A DNA stretch of 64,000 bases from Lutimonas sp. (GTDB lineage: Bacteria; Bacteroidota; Bacteroidia; Flavobacteriales; Flavobacteriaceae), in assembly GCF_051011215.1 (NCBI RefSeq), contig NZ_JBPCUJ010000110.1, forward strand, positions 591 to 64,590, given 5' to 3'. Every line of letters begins with the position of its first letter. Within the stretch, counting starts at the first letter, position 1. The notes beneath the pieces are model-generated. The model did no database searches, had not been told where the DNA came from, and was given only the letters and a program-made list of their open reading frames with translations. A program made the position numbers and the translations under genes. Positions 45,705 through 55,560 of the stretch are shown piece after piece.

Positions 45705-46697
45705 TTATGCAAACATCCCAGGAAAGGCATCTCTGGGTTCTTTTCGCTGAATATACAAGCGAAATACAGTCCTTAAATATCCCAAACCGTATCCGAAAAA
45801 TTGCGTAAAACTTGAAAGAAGGCTCAAAAAACCAACTGCAATACTTTTATTTTTTATATATGAATCAATAATAATACACACAAAATAGAAGCTATATACA
45901 TAGATACCCAGCAGCATTCCTGTAAAGGACATTAAAATGGACAACATGAATCCAAGTACAAATAAGGATGGAAGCCAGTAACTAAACTTAGCAGATCCCG
46001 GGTGCATTTTACTAAGAATGGGTCTTGCAGCACCGAAATTTCTGGTTTGCTTATAAAAGGCACCGAGAGAGGTGCGGCGCTTGTGATATACAAAAGCATC
46101 GTCTATTAACTTCGTTGAACAGTCTTTTTCCAACAGTTTGTAATTTAAATCGATGTCTTCTCCTATTCTTTGTTTTGAAAAGCCACCTGTAACAACAAAC
46201 GCTTTCTTAGATATACCGAGATTGAAACTCCTGAGCTGAAACTTATTATTATCCGATTCTTTGCTTCTCAATCCCCCGGTTGTTAAAAGGGAGGTCATAC
46301 TATAGTTTACGGCTTTCTGCCACGAACTGAACGATTCATGAGCCTCATCTCTACCTCCATAGGCATCAACATATCCAGCTTTCAGAGAATCATTAACGAT
46401 GGAGAGGTAATTTTCAGGGAGCATGCAGTCAGAGTCAAGCATAATAAAATACGTGCCTGACGCGCGCTTCATACCATAATTACGGCTGTCACCAGGTCCT
46501 GAGTTTTTCTTGAAGCAGTACTTTATATCTATTTGGGTCTCATAATTTGACACGAGCACATTGCTTCTTTTATCAGAACCATCATCTATAACGATTACTT
46601 CAAAATCATGCTCCCCAGTTTGGGCACAGATACTTTGAAGTAGTTCTTCTAACTCTTCAGGCCTGTTGTATACGGGAATAATGATGGAAAAACGCAA
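45705..46697 (-). CDS. Family 2 glycosyltransferase with C-terminal TM segments
   Basis: FSIIIPVYNRPE, VIDDGSD and MLDSDC (DxD). TTG start, with no upstream in-frame ATG before a stop. Confidence 0.8.
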   Translation of the reverse strand: MRFSIIIPVYNRPEELEELLQSICAQTGEHDFEVIVIDDGSDKRSNVLVSNYETQIDIKYCFKKNSGPGDSRNYGMKRASGTYFIMLDSDCMLPENYLSIVNDSLKAGYVDAYGGRDEAHESFSSWQKAVNYSMTSLLTTGGLRSKESDNNKFQLRSFNLGISKKAFVVTGGFSKQRIGEDIDLNYKLLEKDCSTKLIDDAFVYHKRRTSLGAFYKQTRNFGAARPILSKMHPGSAKFSYWLPSLFVLGFMLSILMSFTGMLLGIYVYSFYFVCIIIDSYIKNKSIAVGFLSLLSSFTQFFGYGLGYLRTVFRLYIQRKEPRDAFPGMFA

Positions 46698-46731
46698 TAC
46701 AGAATTGTTTCTGGTACTAATTTAAAACAAA

Positions 46732-46768
46732 ATCGGGAAATTTATGACAGACGCACAACTTTCCCGAT
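46732..46768 (-). terminator. Possible fabI terminator hairpin
   Basis: 9-bp stem ATCGGGAAA/TTTCCCGAT with a 19-nt loop, followed on the minus strand by TTTGTTTT. The large loop lowers confidence. Confidence 0.35.
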
Positions 46769-46793
46769 CCTTAATTTTGATTCACTGATTTTG

Positions 46794-47615
46794 TTAGGAT
46801 TCGTCTCCGTCCATAAATCCATCCATGATCACATCACTAATTCCCATATTTGAGAACCCTCCGTCATGGAATAAGTTTTGCAATGTTACTTTTTTAGTAA
46901 GATCAGAAAAAAGAGTCAAGGTATAATCAGCGCATTCAAGCGCCGTAGCATTCCCTAAGGGAGACATTTTCTCAGCATAACTTAAGAATCCGCCAAATCC
47001 TTTAACCCCACTACCCGCTGTTGTTGGTGTTGGGGATTGAGAAATTGTATTTACCCTTACTTTGTGGTCACGTCCGAAGAAATATCCAAAACTTCTCGCA
47101 ATTGACTCCAAATACGCTTTATTGTCTGCCATGTCGTTGTAGTCAGGAAATACTCTTTGGGCTGCCATATACGTCAAGGCAACAATAGAACCCCATTCGC
47201 TCATGGCATTTTTATTGTAAAGCACATTCATCACCCTGTGGAAAGACAGTGCTGAAACATCAAAACCTTTATGTGTGAAATCATAATTCGATTGAGTATA
47301 ATGCTTGCCTTTTCTAACATTGATGGACATACCAATTGAATGCAATACAAAGTCTATTTTCCCTCCTAATATTTCCATGGATTTGTCTACCAATGCTTCT
47401 AAATCTTCCATCGAAGTTGCATCAGCAGGAATAATTTCTGAACCTGTGTCTTTGGCCAATTGATTAATCGCACCCATTCGCATAGCGATAGGCGCATTTG
47501 TCAATACAAATGTAGCTCCTTCTTCATGTGCTCTTTCTGCTACTTTCCAGGCAATTGAATCTTCATTCAAAGCTCCAAAAATGATTCCTTTTTTTCCTTT
47601 TAATAGATTGTACAT
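46794..47615 (-). CDS. fabI: Enoyl-[acyl-carrier-protein] reductase (NADH), FabI type
   Basis: 273 aa. The N-terminal GKKGIIFGALNEDSIAW dinucleotide-binding motif and overall SDR-like FabI pattern are present. Confidence 0.88.
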   Translation of the reverse strand: MYNLLKGKKGIIFGALNEDSIAWKVAERAHEEGATFVLTNAPIAMRMGAINQLAKDTGSEIIPADATSMEDLEALVDKSMEILGGKIDFVLHSIGMSINVRKGKHYTQSNYDFTHKGFDVSALSFHRVMNVLYNKNAMSEWGSIVALTYMAAQRVFPDYNDMADNKAYLESIARSFGYFFGRDHKVRVNTISQSPTPTTAGSGVKGFGGFLSYAEKMSPLGNATALECADYTLTLFSDLTKKVTLQNLFHDGGFSNMGISDVIMDGFMDGDES

Positions 47616-47706
47616 ATGTTATTGTTTAATTAATTGTTTTTTAAATCAAGGTTATCTCTAAAAAAATAACCTCGGTAAAGTTACTAGTTTATTTTAATAT
47701 GTCATT

Positions 47707-49359
47707 TCAAGACAAAAGCTGCTTGGCATGTGCCAGAGCCGAATCAGTGATCTTACTTCCTCCAAGCATCTCTGCCAACTCCACCAATCGCTCATCTCGG
47801 TTCATTAATTTAATATTTGAAGAAACGCTTCCTTTGGAATCTTCTTTAAACACTTTATAATGGTGATGTCCTTTCGCCGCTACCTGAGGTAAATGTGTGA
47901 TGGTTATTACTTGCATATTTTGACTCATAGCCAGCATTACATCTGCAATACGGTTGGACACTTCACCGGAAACACCTGTATCAATTTCATCAAAAATGAT
48001 GGCTGGCAGATTCGAGTATTGCGAAAGAATCCACTTAACGGCCAACATCATTCTGGACATCTCTCCTCCTGAAGCCACCTTTTTCACCTTTTTAAAAGAT
48101 TTGCCTTTGTCAGATGACATCAAAAATTCGAGCTGGTCTTTTCCATTGCTCAAAAAATCCTCACTTGCCGTCAAATTCACTTTAAATCGGGTATTCTTCA
48201 TTTCAAGATTCTGCAAGGCATCTTCAATCTGAGCTGTAAACTCAGGAATCGCCTCTTTTCTCCTTTTATGTAAGCGCCTACTTAATTCATTCAGCGTTCC
48301 CTTCGCTTTTTCAATATTCGCGATGGTTTCTGCCAAGGTCTCATCGGCATTCTCAACCACTGTTATTTTTGCATGATAGGCATCTTTGATCAACAGCAAT
48401 TCTTCAACAGTACTGACCCCATGTTTCTTTTGAAGGCCATACAACGTTTGCAACCGGTTCTCTACATTTTCCAGTGTTGCAGGGTCATAAACCAATTGGT
48501 CATTTTCAGAAGCAATATCGCTCAGTAAATCTTTAAACTCAATAAAAAGACTTTGCATCCTTTCTGACATACTCCCATAGGAGCTGCTGAAGGAATGAAT
48601 CTTTGACAAATGATGATCTATTTCAGTAAGCTGGTTTAAAGCTCCTAAAGATTCTTGCTCAGATATGCTAAGAATGGCAGACAGACCCAATTTAATTTCT
48701 TCAACATGAGATAACTTTTCAAGATCTTCTTCCAGCTCTTCTAACTCACCCGTTTTCAGCTGAGCGCTGTCTAATTCTTCCCAAAGAAATACATTGTAGT
48801 CATATTCTTTTTTTGCCAGCTGCTGCTTCTCTTCAAAAGCCCGCAATTCCTTTAAAAGATCTTTGTATGCTCTAAATGATCCATCATAATCATGTAAAAG
48901 AGAGCCGTTATTCGCAAGTGCATCAATGATATGAAATTGATATCCCATATCTGATAATTGAAGGGTTTCATGCTGAGAATGAATATCGATTAACTGACTG
49001 GTCAATGCATTTAATACCGATAAATTGGTGGGCGTATCATTTACAAATGCCCGTGATTTACCGTTGGGCAGTATTTCCCTTCTGATGATGACCCAAGGGT
49101 CATAATCAAGATCATTCAATTCAAAAAAAGACTCCAATTGATAGGATGCCACTTGAAATTCAGCTTCAATAACACATTTCTTTACCTTATCATATACCAA
49201 ACTACTATCAGCCCTTTTCCCCAATACCAGCGCCAAACCTCCCATCAGTATAGACTTTCCAGCACCAGTTTCGCCTGTTATAATTGAGAGACGATCTTTA
49301 AAATCAACTTTTAAATTCTCTATTAAAGCATAATTTTTTATGGATAAGGATACCAGCAT
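47707..49359 (-). CDS. recN: DNA repair protein RecN
   Basis: Walker A GETGAGKS, a long coiled-coil middle, signature ASGGEMSR and Walker B IIFDEIDTG. Confidence 0.93.
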   Translation of the reverse strand: MLVSLSIKNYALIENLKVDFKDRLSIITGETGAGKSILMGGLALVLGKRADSSLVYDKVKKCVIEAEFQVASYQLESFFELNDLDYDPWVIIRREILPNGKSRAFVNDTPTNLSVLNALTSQLIDIHSQHETLQLSDMGYQFHIIDALANNGSLLHDYDGSFRAYKDLLKELRAFEEKQQLAKKEYDYNVFLWEELDSAQLKTGELEELEEDLEKLSHVEEIKLGLSAILSISEQESLGALNQLTEIDHHLSKIHSFSSSYGSMSERMQSLFIEFKDLLSDIASENDQLVYDPATLENVENRLQTLYGLQKKHGVSTVEELLLIKDAYHAKITVVENADETLAETIANIEKAKGTLNELSRRLHKRRKEAIPEFTAQIEDALQNLEMKNTRFKVNLTASEDFLSNGKDQLEFLMSSDKGKSFKKVKKVASGGEMSRMMLAVKWILSQYSNLPAIIFDEIDTGVSGEVSNRIADVMLAMSQNMQVITITHLPQVAAKGHHHYKVFKEDSKGSVSSNIKLMNRDERLVELAEMLGGSKITDSALAHAKQLLS

Positions 49360-49428
49360 ATATTCTTAGAAATAATCATTTTTATTGAAAACAAACTTAA
49401 ATAAAAACCAACAAAAAGCAGCTTGTGG

Positions 49429-50319
49429 TTAAATCTTAATTTCCTTCCATTTTTCATCAAATGAAGGGTAAATTCTGGACAGCACATCTCTGAGCTTTTG
49501 GGTATCTATTCGCGGGCCATCAGCAAATACATCTACAATCTCATCGCCCTTGGTATCAAAGAATACCCTGATCAAAAAAGTATTGGGTCTGTCATTGTAC
49601 AGATTCTGAAGGCCTTCAATAGATCTGGCCATCACTTCCTTGGCATCTCGGGAATTATCAACCATTCTGTCCAATCCTAAAATATGGTACTCGTACATGG
49701 TTTTTCTGTATTGTTCATAGACAGGTGATAACAAGTTCTCATTTAATTGGTATCGTGTATAATTACCATCAATTCTATTCCAACCAACGCCACCTCCTTG
49801 TTGAGCAACGTTCACAACGCTTTCAGCAAGTTTAAAGAAGTTTTCACCACCCTTATACCCAAAAGTATCACCCTGATAACCTAAAATAGTATAGGCATAA
49901 AAGGTTAAAATTGACACCAGGTTTGAATCAAAGTTGTTCTCGTTATAGACCAATGGCTGAAATTCCTCATATTGGAAGGAGATATTGTTATCATTAAAGT
50001 TTAAGATAGATGTTGTGTAGGTAGAATTAAAAACCGGTCTTGAAATCTGTAATTGCAAACTTCCTCTGAAACTACTGGCCGATACGGCTTCCAGGATGTT
50101 TATCGTAATAGAACAATCGATTCTTTCGTGGGTCTTATATGCAGAAGTAGTCCATTTGGTATTGTTCATGTACTCGAAAATATCATTCTGCATGGTATCA
50201 AATATCTTTTTATTTGAAACTCCTATTTCCGCATGATTGATAAATACAACACAATTCAGCTCTTGGGCGCTAAGATTCAATCCAAAAAATAATACGATAA
50301 TTAATGTAAACTTAGGCAT
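49429..50319 (-). CDS. DUF4835 family secreted protein (annotated as T9SS PorD in some genomes, from memory)
   Basis: Signal peptide. It holds the conserved position between coaBC and recN. No motif-level evidence for function. Confidence 0.55.
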   Translation of the reverse strand: MPKFTLIIVLFFGLNLSAQELNCVVFINHAEIGVSNKKIFDTMQNDIFEYMNNTKWTTSAYKTHERIDCSITINILEAVSASSFRGSLQLQISRPVFNSTYTTSILNFNDNNISFQYEEFQPLVYNENNFDSNLVSILTFYAYTILGYQGDTFGYKGGENFFKLAESVVNVAQQGGGVGWNRIDGNYTRYQLNENLLSPVYEQYRKTMYEYHILGLDRMVDNSRDAKEVMARSIEGLQNLYNDRPNTFLIRVFFDTKGDEIVDVFADGPRIDTQKLRDVLSRIYPSFDEKWKEIKI

Positions 50320-51523
50320 CTATGTTCTTTAATATCTCATTAAAAATATCAGCGGCTACCTCCTGTTTTGATTTTAGATCAAAACCTTGAGTACCACCTT
50401 TTTTATCGATCAATGTGACTTTATTGGTATCTGATTTAAACCCTGCACCTTTATCCTGAAGTGAATTTAAGACGATCAAATCAAGATTTTTCGCGGCGAT
50501 CTTTTTTTTAGCATTTTCAACTTCATTCTCTGTTTCCAGTGCAAAACCAACTAAGTACTGATTCTTTTTTATCTCACCAACAGAAGCTAAAATATCTTTG
50601 GTCGGGACCAAAGCAATTTCCAGCTTACTTTCTTTCTTTTTTATTTTCTGAGAAGATACAACTTTTGGCGTAAAATCTGAAACGGCCGCGGAAAAGATAG
50701 CGATGTCACTTTCCTGGAAATGGGAGTGCGTTGCTTCATACATTTGATCAGCACTAACTACATTATGCCGCTCAATATTACCTTGATTTACTTGTTCATA
50801 ACTCGGACCAGAGATCAATATAACATCGGCTCCTAATTTTGCAGCTGCCTTTGCAAGTTCAAAACCCATTTTACCGGAGGAATGGTTTCCAATAAATCGC
50901 ACCGGATCTATGGCCTCATAAGTAGGGCCTGCTGTAATCAACACTTTCTTTCCGTGCAGAGGCGCATTTTCAAGAAGATGTTTTTCAATAAAATCAACAA
51001 TTTCTTCGGGTTCTGCCATTCTTCCTTCGCCTTCCAAACCACTTGCCAATTCACCATATGAAGGAGGAATAAATACATTTCCTCTTTTTTCAAGCGTAGA
51101 GATGTTTCCTGAAGTTGTTTCGTGCTGGTACATGTCTAAATCCATGGCCGGCGCAAAATAAACAGTAGATTTTGCCGATAAATAAGTGGCCAGCAAAAGA
51201 TTATCACAAATTCCTTCAGCCATTTTAGCCAGTGTATTTGCCGTTAATGGTGCCATCACCATGAGATCAGCCCACAGTGCTAAGTCAACATGGTTATTCC
51301 ATAATTCATTCTCTTCATTCTTATCATAAAAGGTAGAATGAACCGGGTTTTTAGATAGGGTCGACAAGGTAAGCGGGGTCACAAAATCTTTGGCAGCAGG
51401 TGTCATCACAACTTGCACGGATGCCCCAGCTTTAATAAAATGCCTTACCAGATAAGAAGTTTTATACGCGGCAATCCCAGCAGTAACTCCTAAAAGGATT
51501 TTCTTACCGCTTAATACAGACAT
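50312..51523 (-). CDS. coaBC: Bifunctional phosphopantothenoylcysteine decarboxylase / phosphopantothenate-cysteine ligase
   Basis: N-terminal flavoprotein domain (KKILLGVTAGIAAYK) and a C-terminal CoaB domain (ITAGPTYEAIDPVRFIGNHSSGKMG). Confidence 0.93.
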   Translation of the reverse strand: MSVLSGKKILLGVTAGIAAYKTSYLVRHFIKAGASVQVVMTPAAKDFVTPLTLSTLSKNPVHSTFYDKNEENELWNNHVDLALWADLMVMAPLTANTLAKMAEGICDNLLLATYLSAKSTVYFAPAMDLDMYQHETTSGNISTLEKRGNVFIPPSYGELASGLEGEGRMAEPEEIVDFIEKHLLENAPLHGKKVLITAGPTYEAIDPVRFIGNHSSGKMGFELAKAAAKLGADVILISGPSYEQVNQGNIERHNVVSADQMYEATHSHFQESDIAIFSAAVSDFTPKVVSSQKIKKKESKLEIALVPTKDILASVGEIKKNQYLVGFALETENEVENAKKKIAAKNLDLIVLNSLQDKGAGFKSDTNKVTLIDKKGGTQGFDLKSKQEVAADIFNEILKNIDA

Positions 51524-51525
51524 AA

Positions 51526-51864
51526 TTAGTCTAAATTATCGTTGTTAATTTCTGGAGTTCTATAGAAAATTTCTTCATCCAACCACTCCTGAACTGCAAT
51601 GGCAGTTGGCTTTGGCAGACGCTCATAGAAACGTGACACTTCTATTTGTTCTTTATTTTCAAATACTTCCTCAAGACTGTCATTAAAAGTGGCAAATTCT
51701 TCTAATTTGTCAATCAATTCACTTTTCAAATCCTCATTAACCTGAGATGCTCTTTTTGACATGATTGCAATCGCCTTATAGATATTCTGAGTTGGCGCTT
51801 CGATTTTGATCTTGTCAAAAGTAATCGTGCTTTCTGGAGCTTCAGTGTTTTTGTAATCTTTCAT
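51526..51864 (-). CDS. rpoZ: DNA-directed RNA polymerase subunit omega (Bacteroidota type)
   Basis: 112 aa, lying between bamD and coaBC as in other Flavobacteriia. The sequence resembles remembered Bacteroidota RpoZ (…EEVFENKEQIEVS.FYE.LPKP…). Confidence 0.7.
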   Translation of the reverse strand: MKDYKNTEAPESTITFDKIKIEAPTQNIYKAIAIMSKRASQVNEDLKSELIDKLEEFATFNDSLEEVFENKEQIEVSRFYERLPKPTAIAVQEWLDEEIFYRTPEINNDNLD

Positions 51865-51871
51865 CAGTTAA

Positions 51872-52699
51872 TTATTTTTGTGATATTGTTGATAGTGATT
51901 CTCTCGTTTTATTCAATTCTTCCTGCAATTTTTCTCCTAAATTATCCACTTCTTTCATCTTTTCAGATTCAGGAAAAGTCTTCTTAAACTTTTCGTAGGA
52001 TAAAACGGCCTCATTTAATCGTTCTTCTTTCTTAGAAAGCACACTTTGCATTCCTAATTCATAGGCAGATTTAAAGCTGTAATAAAATGTCTCTTCCTTG
52101 TATTGAGATCCTAAATGATCTTCGTTAAAAGTTTCAAAGGCTTGAATAGCAGAAGCATACTTTTCTCTGTGATAATACAATCTCGCCACTTCAAAGTCTT
52201 TAAACTCTAACTTCCTATTTAGTTCAGCATAATCTTTATTCGCTTCTTCAATCAGTTCTGATTTTGGATATTTATCAATGAAACCCTGATAAGCTGTTAA
52301 TGCCTTATAGGTATCTTCCTGATCTCTACTATATACTGGAGATGCTAAATAATAACTCTTTGCACTTAAATAAGCAGCTTCTTGCACCTTTGTACTTTCA
52401 GGATAATTCGTTATAAACTTGGTGAAGTAATAAGAAGACATTGCATAATTTTCCGTCTGAAAATAACAGTCTGAAATCATATACTGAATTCTTTCCATCT
52501 GAGGCTTATTCGCATAAGGCCCCATAATTTTTTCGAACAATGAAATCGCTTTTTTATATTCCTTATCCTCATACATTTTTACAGCCAACTGGTACTTTTC
52601 AGTATTCTTCCCCTTGTTCAAAACTTTCTGGTATTCACCACATGAACCAAGGATCATGGTAAGGGCTAGTATAAACGCTAACTTCTTCAATTTTTGCAT
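51872..52699 (-). CDS. bamD: Outer membrane protein assembly factor BamD (TPR lipoprotein)
   Basis: Lipoprotein signal ...MILGSC, and TPR-like repeats throughout. Confidence 0.8.
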   Translation of the reverse strand: MQKLKKLAFILALTMILGSCGEYQKVLNKGKNTEKYQLAVKMYEDKEYKKAISLFEKIMGPYANKPQMERIQYMISDCYFQTENYAMSSYYFTKFITNYPESTKVQEAAYLSAKSYYLASPVYSRDQEDTYKALTAYQGFIDKYPKSELIEEANKDYAELNRKLEFKDFEVARLYYHREKYASAIQAFETFNEDHLGSQYKEETFYYSFKSAYELGMQSVLSKKEERLNEAVLSYEKFKKTFPESEKMKEVDNLGEKLQEELNKTRESLSTISQK

Positions 52700-52823
52700 C
52701 TGGCAAAATTACTCTTTTAAAATGGAATTTGAAAAAATATTTTAGGCATACATCTATTATTCGCTAAAACTCATAAATAATTGACTTTTAGCGAACTAAT
52801 TAAAAAATAAAACCTGCTACCTG

Positions 52824-53336
52824 TTATTGAGGTTCTTCAGCTTGATTTCCTACGAGCAATTTAACATCATTATCGAACAAGTACAAGCCTCCTTTATCAT
52901 CTCCAATAAGATTGATCTTATCCAAAATGTTTCTGGCAAGTGCCTCTTCTTCAATCTGTTCTGCTACATACCATTGAAGGAAGTTATGCGTGGCATAATC
53001 CTTCTCTTTTAAAGTAATGTCCACTAGGTCATTGATCTTTTGGGATACCATTACTTCATGGTCAAAAAGTGTTTGAAACATTTCCTTGAAGGATCCAAAT
53101 GACACTGGCGGCTTCACCAAGGCACTTATCTGGGCATGACCACCTCTTTCATTAATAAATTTCACTAATTTAAGCATATGCATTCTCTCTTCATCTGAAT
53201 GCGCATACATAAAAGATGCTACACCCTCAAAACCCTGAATCTCAGCCCAGGAGGCCATTGCTAAATATATTTGAGAAGATTCAGCTTCAATTTGAATCTG
53301 ATGATTTAATGCTTTTTCTATAATGCCTGAAACCAT
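52824..53336 (-). CDS. ftnA: Non-heme ferritin
   Basis: 170 aa with ferroxidase-centre pattern EAESSQIYLAMA...EERMH...E. The four-helix-bundle length fits. Confidence 0.88.
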   Translation of the reverse strand: MVSGIIEKALNHQIQIEAESSQIYLAMASWAEIQGFEGVASFMYAHSDEERMHMLKLVKFINERGGHAQISALVKPPVSFGSFKEMFQTLFDHEVMVSQKINDLVDITLKEKDYATHNFLQWYVAEQIEEEALARNILDKINLIGDDKGGLYLFDNDVKLLVGNQAEEPQ

Positions 53337-53338
53337 TT

Positions 53339-54229
53339 TTATCTGTTTTTAAAATCAATTACAAAGGTATTAATTTTTTGTTGCAAATCAGTGGATACTT
53401 CTACCAATGGTAATCTCACATGTTGAGAAGAAATTTTAAGGGATTCAAGCATCGATTTAACCCCAGATGGATTTCCTTCTGAAAAAATTAAATCAATACT
53501 CTCACTTAAGGCATAATACAGTTTGTATGCATTTTGACATTGACCTGTTAATCCTAATCGTATCATCTCGGAAAATTCTTTGGGCAAAGCCTGACCAATT
53601 ACTGATATAACCCCAGCACCACCTGCTAAAACCAATGGGAGTGCCAGTTTATCTTCTCCTGAAATGACCAGAAAATCATCTCTTTTATTTTTCAACAATT
53701 CAAGTACCTGATCAAAATCTCCGGCAGCTTCTTTTATACCAATGATATTGGTACAATCCTCCGCCAGGCGAAAAACGGTTTCCGGCAGAACATTACTACC
53801 GGTTCGTGGCGGCACATTGTATAAAACAACAGGCAGGGGACTTGCCTCTGCAATGATCTTATAATGCTGATAAATTCCTTCTTGAGAAGGCTTGTTATAA
53901 TAAGGGGATACCGATAAAACAGCCGAAAACCCATCCAGATTACCAGATCTTAATTCCGTAGCTATATCCAAGGTGTTATTTCCTCCTATCCCAATAACCA
54001 GCGGCAATCGCCCCTTGTTAAATTCAATTACCTTCGCCTTTAAAAATTCTTTTTCCTCTTTGCTCAATGTGGCTGTTTCACCTGTTGTGCCCAACACAAC
54101 TAAATAATCAACACCATTCTCAATCTGATAATTCACCAGATTTTCCAGCGCTTTTACATCAATTTCATTATTTGAAGTAAAAGGTGTTATCAATGCCACA
54201 CCTGTGCCTTTTAATTGTTCCATTTGCAT
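53339..54229 (-). CDS. dapA: 4-hydroxy-tetrahydrodipicolinate synthase
   Basis: [19 protein letters not shown] and the Schiff-base Lys in IGIKEA. Confidence 0.93.
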   Translation of the reverse strand: MQMEQLKGTGVALITPFTSNNEIDVKALENLVNYQIENGVDYLVVLGTTGETATLSKEEKEFLKAKVIEFNKGRLPLVIGIGGNNTLDIATELRSGNLDGFSAVLSVSPYYNKPSQEGIYQHYKIIAEASPLPVVLYNVPPRTGSNVLPETVFRLAEDCTNIIGIKEAAGDFDQVLELLKNKRDDFLVISGEDKLALPLVLAGGAGVISVIGQALPKEFSEMIRLGLTGQCQNAYKLYYALSESIDLIFSEGNPSGVKSMLESLKISSQHVRLPLVEVSTDLQQKINTFVIDFKNR

Positions 54230-54244
54230 TTCAATCGTATTACT

Positions 54245-54772
54245 TTACTCGATCAGTTTTAAAATTTGTAAATATTTGACAAGTTCTGCATTGAAAGTGT
54301 CAATATCATTTCCTGGTGTTTTTACCGAAATATCATTAAAGAAATTAGCCTCATCTTCAAATCCTGCAAGCAAATGTGCCTTTGACTTGAGCATAATCAC
54401 TCTCGGATACAAAAGCTGAGGATCGCAATAATTAATCAACAGATCAAATTCTCTTTGCACAAATTTGTTTAAGGCTTCAGATTTAATTTTTGCCCTGTAT
54501 CCAAAACTTTTTTCATCACACATTCCATAAAACTCTGGTGCAGAACCGCTTCCTTCAGTGTCATAAAGAAAAACTTTCAGGTCTTCCTTTCTTATACCCA
54601 GGCCTTCACACAACCTTTTCGTAAAGTCATATGTCTGAATCAAAGACAACTCTGACAGCAGTCCCACACGTCTAATTGACTTCAGATCAAAATCCCGATT
54701 CGAACCATGCGCCTTCCGTTGTTTTTTTATAAATTTATGCGCAGTTGTGATCTTTAAATTCAATAGTCCCAT
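54245..54772 (-). CDS. Conserved hypothetical protein
   Basis: 175-aa ORF immediately upstream of dapA on the same strand. No recognisable motif. Confidence 0.5.
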   Translation of the reverse strand: MGLLNLKITTAHKFIKKQRKAHGSNRDFDLKSIRRVGLLSELSLIQTYDFTKRLCEGLGIRKEDLKVFLYDTEGSGSAPEFYGMCDEKSFGYRAKIKSEALNKFVQREFDLLINYCDPQLLYPRVIMLKSKAHLLAGFEDEANFFNDISVKTPGNDIDTFNAELVKYLQILKLIE

Positions 54773-54783
54773 TCACCAAAATT

Positions 54784-55560
54784 ATGCAGACAAAACTATA
54801 TAAAATAATAGTATTAATAGTGATTTCATTATTATTAAACAAAATCGTAGTTTCCTGTAAAGAAAAAAACAGTGAGCTTAAAACTATTCGAGGCAATCAG
54901 ATTAAAATTGGAGATGAATTGGAGCCAAACCCTGCTATTTTAAAGGAAATACAGCCATATCACGATTCCCTGCAGAGCAAAATCAACGAAGTCCTGAGTT
55001 ATAATCCTCAGTCCTTATCACGGGAAGAATCTCCATTAGAAAGTTCTTTAGGAAATTTTTATGCCGATGCCTGCTATCTTGCAGTTGATACTGTCTTTTT
55101 TAAAGAAAAAAATAAACATATAGATTTTGCACTGTTTAATTATGGAGGAATCAGAACCATGATTCCAAAAGGGAATGTGAAAGTGGAAGATATTTTCACC
55201 TTAATGCCTTTTGAAAACAAATTGGTCGTAGTTGAATTACCAGGATCGACGGTACAGCTTCTTTTTGATTATTTGGCTTCAAGAAAACAGGCCCACCCCA
55301 TTTCAGGCCTGAGAATTAGTTTAAAAAATGGTGCCTTGGTGCATATCAAAATTCAGGGTCAAAACTTTGATGTCACGAAAAAATATTGGGTACTTACGCA
55401 TGACTACCTGCAGCATGGAGGTGATAACATGTCGTTTTTCACCCAACCACTGTCCTTATATACATCCAGTTTCAAAGTCCGTGATGCATTGATAGGAAAT
55501 TTAAAACAGCAAGATACCTTGCACGCTTCATTAGATAACAGATTTGTACAAATAGATTAA
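54784..55560 (+). CDS. 5'-nucleotidase C-terminal (substrate-binding) domain lipoprotein
   Basis: Lipobox ...KIVVSC, and NFYADA...NYGGIR...F.LMPFEN...V typical of the UshA/5'-NT C-terminal domain. Confidence 0.7.
   Translation: MQTKLYKIIVLIVISLLLNKIVVSCKEKNSELKTIRGNQIKIGDELEPNPAILKEIQPYHDSLQSKINEVLSYNPQSLSREESPLESSLGNFYADACYLAVDTVFFKEKNKHIDFALFNYGGIRTMIPKGNVKVEDIFTLMPFENKLVVVELPGSTVQLLFDYLASRKQAHPISGLRISLKNGALVHIKIQGQNFDVTKKYWVLTHDYLQHGGDNMSFFTQPLSLYTSSFKVRDALIGNLKQQDTLHASLDNRFVQID

Noticed and set aside
45602-45808. 68-aa plus-strand ORF spanning the CBS / glycosyltransferase intergenic region
   Set aside because: It overlaps the start of one minus-strand gene and the end of another. It is probably a chance ORF, with no signal or motif.
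47640-47690. Hairpin AGGTTAT-N9-ATAACCT downstream of recN
   Set aside because: It has only a 7-bp AT-rich stem and is not followed by a T-run on the minus strand. This is too weak to call a terminator.
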